Counted from the stretch's first letter, positions 1 to 14,502 are shown. The stretch: 64,000 bases of DNA from Selaginella moellendorffii (GCF_000143415.4 NW_003314274.1:208794-272793), one strand, 5' to 3'. Numbers and translations are program-made. The notes: generated by a model from the letters alone, not told the origin.

Positions 1-2386
1 GGGGGGCAAGGGGGGGGGGGTGTCTTCACGTGGAGATACTTTTAGAAAAATCATTGCAGCCTTTTATCTCAAGCCTTGGTCTTGAGTAAAGTTAGCAAAA
101 AGATGATGGGAAAAGCTCTAAGTGCCAAGGGATTAGTCTTGAGAGGGGAGTTATTGAAGAACTTGTCTCTCTTGATCCCTAAAAGGAGAAACTCCAAGTG
201 CCAAGGGGTCAATCTTGAGATGGGAGTTGCTTACAAGTTTGACGACCTATGTTGTTGTGATTGTGAAATCCAAAACCATCTATCCATCAGTGTCCACAAT
301 CACTTGTGAGTACTTGCCTCTCTTAATCCCCTCAAAGGGCATACCTTACACCATCTTTTGCCTTGTTGAGTCTTTGAGCTGAAGTGTATTAAACCATGAG
401 TATTCCTTAAAACCATGGAGGTACACCACTCTCCCGTGGTTTCTTCTTATGCACTTTCATATTTGCCCCACTGTAAGCTATTAATGATTGAACCCTACTA
501 AGACTCAGTACCATCTTGTCGCTCTTGTTGGTGTCAAGTGCTTTTGTTGATGCCTTTACTTAGATCCATATCAAAGATGGTCCTTATGAGTAGGACATGA
601 ATACAAAAAGTTGTATTCCAACGAACTAGCACTTTATGGGTTGTCGAATTAGCAAAGTCCAAAAGCTAGATGACTTAAATGGAGTCAAGAAATAATCCTA
701 AAGGATTGGTGGAAACATTTGGACTGAGGTGTGTGCTACCCTACAAAGGATAGGGAGGATCATAGGTATCTCATTAATGGCAAAATGTCCCATACTAAAG
801 TCGTGGGAAATGTGTTCCCGAAAAAAAAGCAACTTTGGCACAAAGTTGTGTGTGAACACTATGGTATAGTGTTAATTAATAGTTGGTATAAAAAACAATT
901 ACTTTGGTCTTGGCAAAGACCTAAACACAAGTGAAAAGTGTCATGAGAGTAGGTTTGTGGAGCTAATACCCTAAGTGTTTTAAAGGATAGTTAAGTTGGT
1001 TGATTCATGAGAACCCTTTGCCAAAAGAATCCCAATGGAAACAAGATTGGCATATCTTAAGCTGGAAGGCATGTGATTAGAGTGTGGTGACCAAAATAAT
1101 GATAAAGATGTGAAAGCACCAGCAATGAGTTGTAAGATTTGACAATTATGAGGCAACTAAGCAAAATGTGCAATATAATTGATTGGATTGGTAAAAATTA
1201 ACTTTCCAAGATTTTTAATTAGGATAAGGAAATTAGATATATCTCTTGGAGGGGATAAATTGCTTATGTTGGGATATAATAAGTTAATGTCATAAAGGGA
1301 AATGCTCATTGTCAAAGAAGGCCATCATTGGGATATCTAGACACTTTAAAACATTAGGAAATAGTGTTTGGTATTATGAGGGTATTAGATAAGACCCAAG
1401 AGACTAAATCCCTAATGAGTATTTAATGTCTAAGATTGCGGAGATGGGAGAAGTTTGTCTATCCGAATTAGACAAAGCCAAAAGGGATTTTGGTAAGACT
1501 AGTGATAGGCATATAAAGGCTCATAAATAGCAATTATTGTTACTTTGTGTGGAATTATAAGTTGAGCATATCCAAATTTAGGAACCACTCCCTAGGCTAT
1601 CGGGTAGGTTCATCCTTAAGATTACTTACCAAGGTATGGATAAAAAGGAAAAACCACCCTCTTAGTCGGGAGAAGAATAATTAAAGGGAATATATAAGGC
1701 TAAAAGTAAGTAGTAAAAGGGATAGAACCGAATCATAAAAATTGAAGGGCATAGATAAAAATGGTTATGTAAGTTAGGAGTGGAGAATCAAGTGGGTGCT
1801 CAAAAGTGTTGTTATTGGCAACCGTGATGCCATGGAGAGTTTAAAGTATGGATTTGTCCATATTAAATTGAATGACAATTAGAAAGCTTGAAATTAGAGG
1901 TCTTAGCAAAGGACAGAGTCTTTTCAAGGCTCCCAAAGATAATTCTAAGTAGTTTAGTACCTAGAAAGACAAGTGTAAATGTTTTATAGGAATGTGCGAA
2001 ATCAAAATGGTGCAACAAAAGCGTGGTTTTAAAGCTTGCCATGAGGCGAGGCTATCAAGGTTGGGGAAGTAGTTTTCGAATGTTCAAAGAAATGACTTTG
2101 AACAAAAGTTGATTGTTGAGGACTTATATGCTTATGCATAAAATTATATTACACTAGTTAGGTGACTTGTTAAGTGAGATTGGTAAGTCAAGGAAACAAA
2201 AACTTTAGTTGAAGGTGTTAACTTCAAAAGGGTGGCCTATGGGGCCAAGCATAAAAGAATCTATGCATGATCAAAGACTTGTCAAGTGAGAGGACTTAGC
2301 AGTTCGGGGGCAAACTGGACCAGCCAGATGTCAATTAACATGTGGTGTGATTCCCTTAGCCAACCAACAGAGTCAGACTCGAGACT

Positions 2387-2594
2387 GCTCCGATACCAAA
2401 TGTAAGCTCCTGAGTGTAGACTTCCCGGGAGGTCACCCATCCCAGTAATACTCAAACCCAAGGACACTTAACTCCAACTATCCCAAGACCCTTAACCGAT
2501 TGGAAAAAGGGGTGCACTCTTGTTCATGGGCCCTTTCCTTCTATATTTGAACCCCATGGACCGTCTCTTAAGTCGTTCTCTTTGGTTGCTTACA
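2387..2594 (-). mobile_element. Cassandra-type TRIM fragment: one LTR (2401-2594) with a 5S rRNA-derived core plus a tRNA-Met PBS
   Basis: TGTAAGC...GCTTACA termini. 2419-2473 is the revcomp of the 5S internal-promoter region (AGTTAAG..GAGTATTACTGGGATGGGTGACCTCCCGGGAAGTC). PBS TGGTATCGGAGC on the minus strand at 2387-2398. No second LTR found. Confidence 0.85.
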
Positions 2595-4299
2595 CAACCC
2601 TTTAGTGCTAAAGCGTGGTGATGGTTTGGAATATGAGGACATTCATTTTTCGGTGGTTATGGATTCTTAGTAAGGAGACTGACTTGCTATACGGGGGATG
2701 CTTAAGAGTTATGATGCACAATTAGATTGCTTAGTGTGAAAGTTCGGCATATCTAACTTGAACACTTTGGTGGAAGTGGCATTAAGGACGTGGTGAATGA
2801 GATGAGGACACTTAGTCTCAATTTTTATGAATCCTTGGCTAGAAGGGTTGGTTTGGGTGCATCACCAAATGTGGGGGATGCCCCCAAGGTTATGGCCAAC
2901 AACTTAAAAGTTTGGAAGACTTAGTACTTATTGGCAAACCTATTAAAATATCAAAGTTAGGTCACTAGATGATTTGATGGCTAAATAAGAGCAAAGTCCT
3001 TGTGAGGTTAATGAATAAAGTTTTTAGTTCAAAATGTTAATTTAAACTATTGGTAATGGTAAAGTAACCAAGTAAGAAAGACACTTAAGGAAATAAACTA
3101 CAATAATGCAGTGGTATTGTGAGTTCAATAAAATAATCTCTAAGAAAGAACTCATAGGTGAGTCGCAAAGTTTGGCCATAGATAGAGCCCAAAATAAATA
3201 TTGGGGAAACTTACTAGGGGTGAACACTTTTTAAACTTGGTAAAGTAGAGCTTTTATTATGGAGCTAAAAGAATACTCAAGGATGGAGGTAGCAATCCTA
3301 TGTTGTGTGGTGCCACAAAGGATAGGAGCAAAAGACTAGTAGTTAAGAATGGGCTATGGAAATCATTCACTTCGTTTGGAATTTCACTCCCACTCTCGAT
3401 TTTCCAAGTTGGAACCTTTAATCCAAACATGTTATGCTTGTTAAACTTCCATTTCAACCACTACCATATGGCACCTTTTTTGCTTCACTTTGGGGCTTAA
3501 GGATTTGTGTCTCAAAACTCCACCACCCATAAATGAAGTTTGATATCTTTATCAAATGATAAACCATTTTATCAAGTAACACCATTATATATTACCCTTT
3601 TCATCCTTAGCACCAAGCTGATATTTGTTGATGGTTTGACACTAAAGGCTCACCATGCTTTGCTTATCTTCTAAAGAGCATATTCTTTCCAATTTAAAGA
3701 CTTATTAAACCATTTGTGGTGGTTTTTCTTCTTTATTTAGTTTAGTTTTTGCTAAACTTGTTAAAAACACCTTCTCTATCTCAATCCAATTACTCATTCA
3801 TGAGTAATCTCAACTTTTATCAATATCACCATCACACTTTGGAACTTTTAATTTTGACTTCTTGAAATCAATTTCCTATGTGTTTCCGACAATTTATAAT
3901 ACACATGTTGTGCAAACTCCACTTCCTTATTCTAAAAAGTTCTTTACTTGAGAGCACCATCATCCTTTCTTCTATTTCGTGCCACCCTAGGCATTAAGTT
4001 CCACTTATCCATAATTTGTGCTAAGGCTGTTTACAACTCTATCATTTAGTTACCTTGCCACTCCCTCCCTTGGAGCTTCCATTTTTGTTAAATTAAAGCT
4101 TTTGGGCATCTTATGCTTAGAAACATATTTCCTTTCCATAATCCGTTAGCATTCAACACATGAATGTTCCTTACTTAACTTTGTAATTTTGATTCCTTCC
4201 ACTCGAGGGATAAGCACGAAACAATCAGTGAATGAGTCTCTAAAAAAGGACACAAGAAGGACTAACACATGGCAAGTGTCATGATATATAGAAGTGTCA

Positions 4300-4680
4300 A
4301 GATCAAAGTCCGAGATGGAGTCCAAAATGGAGTCCAAGATGGAGTCCAAGCTAGACCCGAGATGGACCCGAGATGGAGTCCAAGATGGAGTTCGAGATGG
4401 AGTCCAAGATGGAGTCCAAGATAGAGTTTGATATAGATCCGAAATGGAGTTTGAGATGGATTTCGAAATGGACTCGAGGTGGGCCTAAGACGGAGTCTGA
4501 GGTTGAGTCCGAGATGGAGACCAAGACTAGGTTTAAGGTCGAGTTTGAAGTCGAGGCTGAGATTGAGGTTGAGACTGAGATTGACTCCAACATTGAGACC
4601 GAGACCGAGTCCGAGTCTAAGACCGAGACTAAGTTTGAGATCGAGACCAAGTCCGAGTCCGAGTCGAAGTCTGAGTCTAA
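4300..4680. repeat. Degenerate 12-bp (GAGATGGAGTCC) and 6-bp (GAGACC/GAGTCC) tandem repeat inside the decayed LTR
   Basis: Visible periodicity. The ORFs here are low-complexity artefacts. Confidence 0.9.
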
Positions 4681-5936
4681 GGGTGAAAGCTCAAAGTGAT
4701 CATCTCCTAGACCCTAGGGGGTTTGGTGAGCTCTAAAAGTATAGTAAAGGGAGCACTCTAGTGAAGCTAATTTGGCCAGGAAAGGCTAATGTGACTAAAG
4801 AAAGCTATACTTATGTGTTGGGTGATGATATATTCACTGAGGAGTCCAAGGCTAAAGTGAATATGGATAGATAAGCAGAGTAGTTTGGTGAAATGTTCAA
4901 GAGCTGGCTCTAACTCCTCTGGGAGATTGAATGGCCAATGTTTTCAATCCAAGTGTGGGTGGCACTATCTACTTGGATACTTTGTATGGCTTATTGGAAC
5001 CTCATTTTAGCCACATAGCTAGGGCATCTAAGGGTGGAAGGTGGGGAGAGTACCCATGAGGCTTGCGTAGGGTTATAGTGTTTCGAAATATCATCCCAAA
5101 GTCCCAGAATATGGAAAGGAAAAGGAGTAATCCTTTGGTATAGTGATTAAGGATATGATCACATAGTGAGGAAGTCCCAAAAGTCAATGGGATTTAATGG
5201 TCAGGCCTTTAAGCCTTGACCCAGTAATGGTGTTGGCGAGCATGGCTATAAATAGAGAGGGACTTGGTGGGAATGGAAGAAGGGATATTAGGGAAGGGTG
5301 TTCCCCATGTCTTTGGGCATCCTAAGGGTGTTAAGGTGAGGTTAAGGGATGACCACTCATGGATGGATGGCCTAGTCTTTAAAAGACAAGATTGTAATGC
5401 AGATGGTTTTTAACTACTGATGTGACAAGGGTGAATAGGCATGGCTTTAGCATTACGAATTGATATATCGGTGGTACTTTTGGGTGTTGGTCATGGGATC
5501 AGATATGTGGAGCACTTGGACCAAGTGCAAAAGTTAAATGGCATAGATGCTATTCATGGGGCTAGTAAGTCCTTAAGTCCGGAATAAAAATTATAGAGGT
5601 TGTGAGTGAGGCTTTTTTAAATGGTCAAAAGTGTCATTAAGTGACTAAAGTAGAATGGAAGTTTAGTCGCTTACAATTATATAAAGTATAGAAGCAATCC
5701 AATATGACACTTAGACTTGTAGCACTAGCAAATTATTCAATACCAATAGTAACTTATGTACCAACTATTAATAATATAACAAAGTTTGAGTATAAGTTTT
5801 ATAGCTTCCTTAACCAAGTTAGGTTTTGAATTATTTTGTAGGCTGGTTAATATTTTGAGCCTAATCAAATCTCTTCTTATCTTTCATGATTCTCCACCCT
5901 TTTGAAAAGAGTAATCATGTCTCCAAAATTGCTACT

Positions 5937-6391
5937 NNNNNNNNNNNNNNNNNNNNNNNNNNNNNNNNNNNNNNNNNNNNNNNNNNNNNNNNNNNNNNNN
6001 NNNNNNNNNNNNNNNNNNNNNNNNNNNNNNNNNNNNNNNNNNNNNNNNNNNNNNNNNNNNNNNNNNNNNNNNNNNNNNNNNNNNNNNNNNNNNNNNNNNN
6101 NNNNNNNNNNNNNNNNNNNNNNNNNNNNNNNNNNNNNNNNNNNNNNNNNNNNNNNNNNNNNNNNNNNNNNNNNNNNNNNNNNNNNNNNNNNNNNNNNNNN
6201 NNNNNNNNNNNNNNNNNNNNNNNNNNNNNNNNNNNNNNNNNNNNNNNNNNNNNNNNNNNNNNNNNNNNNNNNNNNNNNNNNNNNNNNNNNNNNNNNNNNN
6301 NNNNNNNNNNNNNNNNNNNNNNNNNNNNNNNNNNNNNNNNNNNNNNNNNNNNNNNNNNNNNNNNNNNNNNNNNNNNNNNNNNNNNNNNNNN
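5937..6391. other. Assembly gap (N run)
   Basis: 455 N bases. Confidence 1.
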
Positions 6392-6479
6392 TTTGGTGTT
6401 AAATTAGCTTTGAGTTTGTTCAGAAAAATAGTGGTTTAAGATAATATGGCAATCTTCGTATAAATACCAAGGTATATTT

Positions 6480-7540
6480 TTGTAGTGAATCCTTAATAAG
6501 AGTTTTCTGGAGTTTTTTATGAATAATAATAAAAAAATTGAAATGTTTCGAAAGTCTCAAAAGTAATATCACATCAAAGAATCAACTTTATCTATATTTC
6601 CAAGATTGAAAGGCAATCTCACACAAGAGAATGGTAGCATGCTAACATGCCCTGCCACTATAATGTGGTCTATATTTCTTTGTAGTCTATTTCCCTAGAA
6701 ATTTGACATGTGTAGAAAAGAATATATATATATATATATATATAGCAAAGTAGAATTTCATTAGCATGTATATACATGATAATCTAGAATTCCAGAAGCC
6801 CTTATGTTTACAAGCAAGTTATGATTATGAAACCCTATTTCTAAGATTGACATTTCAAGAATTTGAGTATTGTTAGTGTCATAATAAATAGACCTCTTTC
6901 CAAAGACTAAAACTTAGTATATAAATTATCCAGAAAAGCTATAGTCATCATAGTTTTCTTGTTCTCCTTGAGCTCCTTGGAAGTTTGTACAAAAATGGCT
7001 CTAAGGAAAGTCACTACTATTCGTATTTGGCCCTCCAGCAATTCATATCAATCTCCACCTCCATCCCCAAGTTCTACTAACATTCCATCTTCACCTCCAC
7101 ATAACAATCCTTTTTTTATTAAGGGCTCTAGTGAAGTTGAATTAGATCTCCCTATGTATAAAATTCTGAATCTTGCTACTAGAGAGGGATTGCTTCTAGC
7201 GCTTCAAAAGCAATGTTACATGTTTTTCAAGATCTTTCTCTTAATATGGTAATACTACTTGAAAGCACAAAACACTATTACATTTAATGTTTAATATGAT
7301 ATTTTTTTTGGACAAAACAAATGGCTCTATGGGTTTACAAACTTTTCTTGAGCATTGTAGCAATTGCCTAATAATAGGTCTAGAAAATATACACATTTGG
7401 GTGTACAATAAATTCAAGAATGAGTTACAAACACATACCCACTATTGCTTCATGGTGAGGAACAACATCCTCTTAGGAAACATTGCAACAAATAGTGAGA
7501 ACTATGGAGTTTTTAGGCTATATAATGGAATGTAAGATCT
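6480..7540. repeat. Old dispersed repeat; inverted paralogue at ~15290-16290
   Basis: For example 6846 ATTGACATTTCAAGAATTTGAGTATT vs 15896 AATACTCAGATTCTTGAAATGTCAAT (revcomp). Colinear over ~1 kb. Confidence 0.75.
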
Positions 7541-9494
7541 AGAATTAATAGTATTGTCACTTTTAAAAGAAAAAAAAATATAATGAAATGATATTAGCTG
7601 TAGGTAATATACCTTATTCTAGACAGTGCTATCATATCACATACAATTGTTTACAAAATGTTGAAGGAGGAGATGGCAACACATAAGTGCAACAAAGTGA
7701 TGGTAACAGGTGAGAATGATACTTTGCAATTATGATACTATCACTGACATCTGACATTGTTATTGTCACTGACATCTAACACTTTCATAGACATCTAACA
7801 CATAATAAGTTTTTCATTTATGTAAGGATGCAATTAATTTTCTTCTGCCTCATCATCAACATATTGATTCCTTTTATGCTTCCTCCTATATTGGTATTGT
7901 GGAGATTCACCTTGCATTTATTGAGCCATGGCTTCTACATAATTAGGGAGACTTCCAAAGCCTCAAATTCTAGAAACTCCAGATGACTATAATCTATAAA
8001 ATAGATTTAAACATTTATTGAAATCTTAATAAAAATAATTTAATTCCTTGAGGTTAGAGGCAACTCATGAAATCTTTTGAGCTGGTGTTTGAAGAAATGA
8101 TGTTCTTCAATAGCAAACACTAACCTACCAGAGTTATGTGTTGCTTCCACTATAAAATTGCTACTTGTTGTGCAATTAATCACAACACCATCTAATGGGC
8201 AATAGAGCTTAAGCAAGACTTGCATCTCCAATGGAGTTTGAAATTGATACCCTAAAAACACGTTGTGGATCTGTTCATCTACAAAGTTGGGTATAATGTT
8301 AGTGGAACTATTGTACTTAGATAAAACACATGTTGCATGTTTGCTATCACAAACCCATCATATATGTTTCTATAGAAGGTATGATAAGTCCACATCATAA
8401 CCTAGAAAATAAGAAAGTTTAGAAATTAGATAAAAATATATAATACATACTCACCTTTTTAATCTTCCCTTGGACGCCTCTAGTATTGACACCAATAGGA
8501 TCCATGATGCACCTAGAAGATAATGACTTAAAATGTACTTTTGTTGCATATGTCATATGTTATAGGCTCATACATTTAGTTAGGGTTGTTCGGTAGGATG
8601 AAGATGACATAGCTAACTTTGAGTATAAATGCTTCAGACAAAAGGAATGCATTGTGCATGTGGTCAGGTGTAAGAAAGTTCTAATCCTCAACTTTCCCAT
8701 CAATATTTAAAAGATTATCTGGAAAGTCGAAGAAAATAAAATCCACAACTAGGAGCAAGGGCTTTTATATCTTTTGGCACCAATGGTTAAACTAACATTA
8801 TATATATCTCTGTTCATGTTGTCTTTTGTGAAAGATGTTAACAATCTACTATAGAAGCCAATAAAAACACCTATAATGACTCGTTGTGTTATTGGGGAAA
8901 TAGGATGGACTTATAAAAGAGCTAAGTGAATGAAAAAAGCAATGAATAATATGCTACCATCATATGGCCTATTATTGATAAGAGTTCCTCCAACTCATCA
9001 TTACAAGCATCTCTACAAGTTGGAATGAAATTATTACTAATAGTCATTGTTGCAAAAAAACATATATTACTACCTTTAGTTTATAAAATTTACTTTTGCT
9101 TACCTTGAGGTTAACATGATATTCTATGAACCACATTATTTATTGGTGGAACTTGATTTAAATCTTGGTTGTTTGAAGGTTGAACTAGAGCCTGATCCTG
9201 GCTATTTAGTGATAGAATGCTAACTTGATCTGGAACTTCCTCATGCTCCTCTTCATCATCACTTGCATCACCATTATTGCCAATATTGACAACTTCCTTC
9301 TAGTTTAGTGTAAGGGTCTCTTTCCTTAGAAGTTCCAACTCCCAAAGGCATTCTATCTTTCGTGCCTTTAGAACTCTCATAAATATTGTTAGGTACATTC
9401 CTTCATCTTTTTCACCCTTTGCAAAAAGTCAAGTGCAAACTGATACCTTAAATTGCATGTCTCTATATCGAAGAAACTTATAAACAATATATGT

Positions 9495-9782
9495 ATGCTT
9501 TATTTCGTTAAAGTGGGACTTATTCAGTAAAGTGGGACATTAATTAGCATGTGTCCACATGCCATTTCTTAGTACTTAATTAATATTTATTAATATTTCT
9601 ATCAGTTTTTTAATTTATTTTTTTATATTTCACAATATTATAACACAAAATCATATGAAAAGTTTTTAATTTATAAATTATAAAGTTAAAACTTCAATTT
9701 TTTATTGTTGTTATAAAAATGGCATGTGGCCATACACCATAAGTGGGATAATGAAAAGTCCCACTTTAACGAAATAAAGCAT
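9495..9782. mobile_element. 288-bp MITE, non-autonomous relative of the TIR transposon at 41507-60682
   Basis: TIR ATGCTTTATTTCGTTAAAGTGGGACTT...AAGTCCCACTTTAACGAAATAAAGCAT. 4-bp TSD ATGT (9491-9494 / 9783-9786). Near-identical to 20954-21241. Confidence 0.95.
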
Positions 9783-12051
9783 ATGTTTAAAAAAGATTTT
9801 AGAAATCATATTATACTTATAAGTTGTATGTCACATGAAATGAGGCTGAACATATTGGCAATCATAAATTGTTATGCTTGTAGACTTCTCTAGCAACCAC
9901 CCATCTTCAATCCCTTCTAATGATGTATTGATATAAGTGTCAAAAGACATGAATGTGCCATCTGGATCGTCACTAATGTGTGGTGCCAAAAACTTCTCAC
10001 CTTCACTTATAGTTTGCATGATATAGATAACCCTTCTCATCATGTTCTCAAATAATTTTGGCAGTCCTTTTTCTCTGTTTATCAAATAGACATTGAGGAA
10101 CTCTAGAGTTTCTATCTGTTGCCTATATGGAAGCTTCAATTTTACGATATTATAAATCATGTCATCTAAAGTTTTGTTCACTGCAAAAGTAACATATGCA
10201 TAATTAAGAAAAATGAAGTGTGATAAAAAACTTATATTCATAAGAAGAAATTTTAGCTATAGTCTCTAGCCACTTCTTTGGCCTACGGTTGTCTGCAATG
10301 CATATTAGTTTCTTCAACTTTGAAGATTTGCATGTTGAATTTTGTGCTTAATTTGAACAAACTCAACTAAGAGCTCTTCCTGACTCTTCTCCGGATATGC
10401 AAGTTCATAAGCATCTTGCTTGACCTTCACCAAAGGATAAAAACCAAAACAATTAAAAGAGGCCTTTATAAAATGAAAGGGAAAGATATACCCTACACCA
10501 CATAATGAGCATAAAATTGATTGGGTTGTTGAACTGAGTTGAGTGCGGACCACTCTTGAGCTCATGAGAGTTGAGCTCAATTTTCAATTACAGTTTAATA
10601 CAAATATTATAAATTTTAAAAAATTAAGGTTATAGAAAACCTAACTTTATACTATATTTTCATAACTCTCTACATTTTATATGGATAAAACTATTTTAGA
10701 GGAGGCTTCTTGTCCAAGAATATAAATATTTACTATATGTTATTTTATTTAAGTTTGCCAAAACATAAAATAAAATGGTTCTAATGTTGATAGTTTCAAC
10801 TCTTGAAATCTTTCTTCTCAGGACTAAGAGCTGCAATATTCATCCCATTGCATAACACATCCAAACCATATAAAAGATAGAAAAAGAGGATAATGAAAAT
10901 AATGATCATATATTAGAGATAAACATAATAATAAAGGGTGCAACAATTTAGGTGAAAAAAAATGCCCTCCTATTTATTTAAAAAAATTACAATTTCATGA
11001 TTTTCAAGAAATGCCCTATTTATTTTCTAACTTTTGGTGGAAACAATGGCAACAATCAATACAACAGCATCTACACTCTTGCAACATATTGCAATATCAT
11101 GGCCTCAAACTATTATGAAATATGTTTTGAGATTGTAAAGTCAAAAACAAAGACACACTAATATTACAGATAGTATTGTAAAAAGAAAACTTGGAACTAT
11201 ATGAAATGAAATGAATGTTTTATTATTAATTATATAAAGTATAAAAAGTGTATCTTATCGATAGAAAATAAATATCGATAGTATTATTAGCTCCAAAAGT
11301 CTTACAACTTAGCAATAGTAAATCTTGCTTGGTGTATATAAATGTCCACTTTAGGATCTTAGTGTAAAGTGTTGATGAAAATGTAATATATATATGCTTT
11401 CTATGCCTTCCTATATTTCTTGTGCTTAGTAAAGTTTGGTTATATGCAAGGAAAGTATTGAATAACAATTATGTACTCTCCATTTTCTATTTTGACAATG
11501 TGCAATATCTTGGAGCAAAATGATACTCAATATCAAGCCTGTGAGAGCTTTTCACTCTAAGATTTAGACCAATATCTTCACCAATAAAGAAAAAACAACA
11601 CTTTGAGTGAATAGTTTTCATGTCACTAATAGAAGCATGAGAATTGTACTCCATAAATGTGCCACGAACCACTTTCTCAACTATAGTTGCCACTTCTTGA
11701 GCTGTTGGAATCACCTTCCTCTTTATCCTATTGTGTAACATTTCAATAGAAGGCCTTGTTCCTAGTATCTTCCTTCTTTGAATGCTAATGCTTTTGAAGA
11801 CTACTCTATAGCATATATCAAATCCAATAAATATGTTTTATACAAATTTATCTTCCTTTTCCCTGCTTCAAAATAATACTAACTCGAGTGCTTACTCTTG
11901 AAAAGATTCATAATTGGGGTGTATATGAGGTCCTCAAGTGGTTGGTTCTAATGAAAAAGACAACATTAAAATGCAACAAAAATAAAGAAGAAATAAGAGA
12001 CTTCATCTCTTCTAACTACTCTATCCCACAAAAGGAAGTAGTATATCTTGG

Positions 12052-13194
12052 TGTCGCGAATGTGACTTTGGGTATCGAAAGTTACTTGTCGGCTAGTCCT
12101 TATAGACACTCTTTCCTTACTGCCACGACGGTAGGAGGTTAGTATTGTTAAACCCTTTATTAGTCCCTCTTGTGCTAATAGAGTTAACTGGGCATTTCGA
12201 GTGTACTTAGACCGGACAAGCATAAGGATGGAATTCCTACCTGTTATTAGCTAAGCATACTTAGTCCGGTAAGGAGTTCCCGTCTTGTTTTGTCTTGCAC
12301 TTACTAGTGGCAAAAACCCTCGCATATTGAGATTAGTTCCTCAATATCACTAGATGATAGCTTACTCTATCTACCAAACACCCTTGCTATCATGCCCTTT
12401 GTGTTAGTTTCATTTCGGTCCCAAATGCTATTTATGGAAAGTGTCCAGATTTGCTTATTTAGCATATCTACAAAATGTAGAAATTGTCCTAAACACAATG
12501 GTGTTTGTCCCATGTCTAAATTTGCATTCTAGTGCCATTCCATATTTAATAAGTTTCGAATTTGTCCCAAAGATTAACTCCTGATACTAAGGGAGGCTTG
12601 GGGTGAAAGCCCAAAGCGTGTGTTCCTCAAGTGGGGGGGGGCTATGGGGGGTTTCAAATGTATAATAAGGATAGTGGGTAGGTCGGGTATAGCTGATTAA
12701 CCTGAGGCATAGTTTAGCTCCCGCTTGCATGCCTATCCTTGTTTTGCGTCGGGCTTGGGTCTAAGCCCAAGCTCCACTCCATACTAGCTGATGGAGTACC
12801 CATGTCCTCGCATTAGGCCATCGGTATGCTGAAATAGCGCCAGACTCTGTTTAGCTCTGTTTTGTGTGCTGGTCCTGGCATTGGGATGTTGGATACTCTA
12901 GAACTGTTCTAAGTCGCTCCATGCCCTTGTCCCTTTGCTCCTTACGCTGTACGCTCAAGAGTTGCTTCGTGGTTCGGTTCTGTCACTCCTTAGCTACATG
13001 CTTGGGAGTTTGGCACCGTTCCTTCATTTAGTGGCCTAAGGCCATGAAACTTGGGTTCCACACCATTGTCCTTTGGACACGTGGCATGTGACATGTGGCA
13101 TTTATCATGTGGCACAAAGAGGGTTAGGTTCTGCTTCGTGGTTATCTTATAGTAAATCATCATAGGATAAATAGTCAAAACCACATGTGGTACA
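12052..13194 (+). mobile_element. Solo LTR related to the Ty3/gypsy LTRs at 35337 and 60926
   Basis: Starts TGTCGCGAATGTG and ends ...GGTACA. 5-bp TSD CTTGG (12047-12051 / 13195-13199). The first ~800 bp align with 35337-36140; the 3' part differs. Confidence 0.88.
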
Positions 13195-13399
13195 CTTGGT
13201 CTTGTAATGGTACAACATAAAGGAAAATTCTTACAAAACCAACACTTGAATCCAATAATAACAGTATTACGGGGCAAGAGGATTGATTGTAGACTCTTCA
13301 AAAAATATAAAAATTCTAATAGCCTTTTGATTACATATTTCATCCCTGCAATCTAAATACCTACCATAGTGAATTATAAACATTGTTCAAAATGTTGGA

Positions 13400-14499
13400 A
13401 GTGTGTGGTCTTGATTTTATACCAGTTTTAGACATCCTACTTAGTTTCCATCCCTTTTCGTTTAGAACTAATGTTGTTGATAAGAGGCTTTAGATCAAAG
13501 AAGATATTGTTGTTGTAGTAAGATGAAAGTTCATTCATGGGTCTATATAGAAATAAGTGTATGTTGACTGAGAAGTGGGAAAAATGGAAAGGATTACTAA
13601 TAACTTTGAATATTATTGAAGATGAAGCTCATGAATTTGGGGCTGACACTAGCATAACTTTTCCACTTGAATTGGAAGAAGAGGAAATGATGATGATTAA
13701 CACTTTCTTCACATTCACTTTGGCTTAAACACTTTGATTGGAAATCCAACTTTGAATTCTGCAAATTTTATTATTATCCACCCTTGCCCACTAGAAAGAA
13801 AAAAACACTGAGTAGCAACCATACTAGTGTTGTTGTGGATCACAACCTTTAACAAAATAGAGCCAAGATAAAGATTAAAATGGCAATATAAAAACTTTTA
13901 AAAACATGACTTTGAAAGAACAAAAGCAATGGATAATCTCTAAAATGTAGAAGAACCTTTTCATCCTTCTTTATAGGTTTTGGAGTTTTCTATCTCCCTT
14001 ATGCTACTTATAAAAATCTATAGTGAAACATAAATTGAGATTTAAGGAGAGCAATAAGAAGAAGAATAACAATGTACAAATAATTTAAATACTATAGCAT
14101 ATCTAATATGTGTGAGTGTGATAGTATTATCATGTGTTTTGCTGTCTATTGCATGTACAAAAATCCAAGAAAAGGTTTTCAGCATGTGAAGTTTGATTGT
14201 TAGTGATGATAGTAATGACATTCTGCTTTGGCATGGAGATCCAAAATATCCGATCACGTGTAAAATATCAAAATCTTTAGTGTTAGATGATGTCAGTAAT
14301 GATAATTCTTCAATGACATAGTTTTGATTCTCAATATGCATTGAATTTTAGCGATATATGCAAATACTACTCAATGACATTTAGAGCATGTGCCTATAAT
14401 TTATGTTTATACACAATATAAAACAAATTTATGGATGAGGATTCATCCATTCATATAAAATCTTGTTGAGAATGCATCCTTTCTATATAATTAGGAAAA

Positions 14500-14500
<1 letters not shown>
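13400..14500. repeat. Old dispersed repeat; inverted paralogue of 19050-20040 + 24650-24900 (empty site of the chromovirus)
   Basis: The revcomp of 13590-13670 reads TTCAAGTGGAAAAGTTATGCTAGTGTCAGCCCC..., matching the joined flanks of the LTR element at 20041-24647. Confidence 0.8.

Positions 14501-14502
<2 letters not shown>

Larger units (their letters stand above)
1..5675 (+). mobile_element. Decayed, 5'-truncated copy of the non-coding LARD-like LTR retroelement family seen intact at 51659-58982 (opposite orientation)
   Basis: Colinear reverse-complement similarity to the intact copy. It ends in ...AGTCGCTTACA at 5675 (revcomp of LTR start TGTAAGCGACT) and has the GAGATGGAGTCC/GAGACC repeat at ~4300-4680. 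Many C>T/G>A changes and no ORF. Confidence 0.85.

Noticed and set aside
2419-2473. 5S rRNA gene
   Set aside because: Only the internal ~55 nt is present, embedded in a TG..CA LTR with a PBS. This is Cassandra, not rDNA.
5886-6407. ORFs of 166-173 aa
   Set aside because: They run through the N gap.
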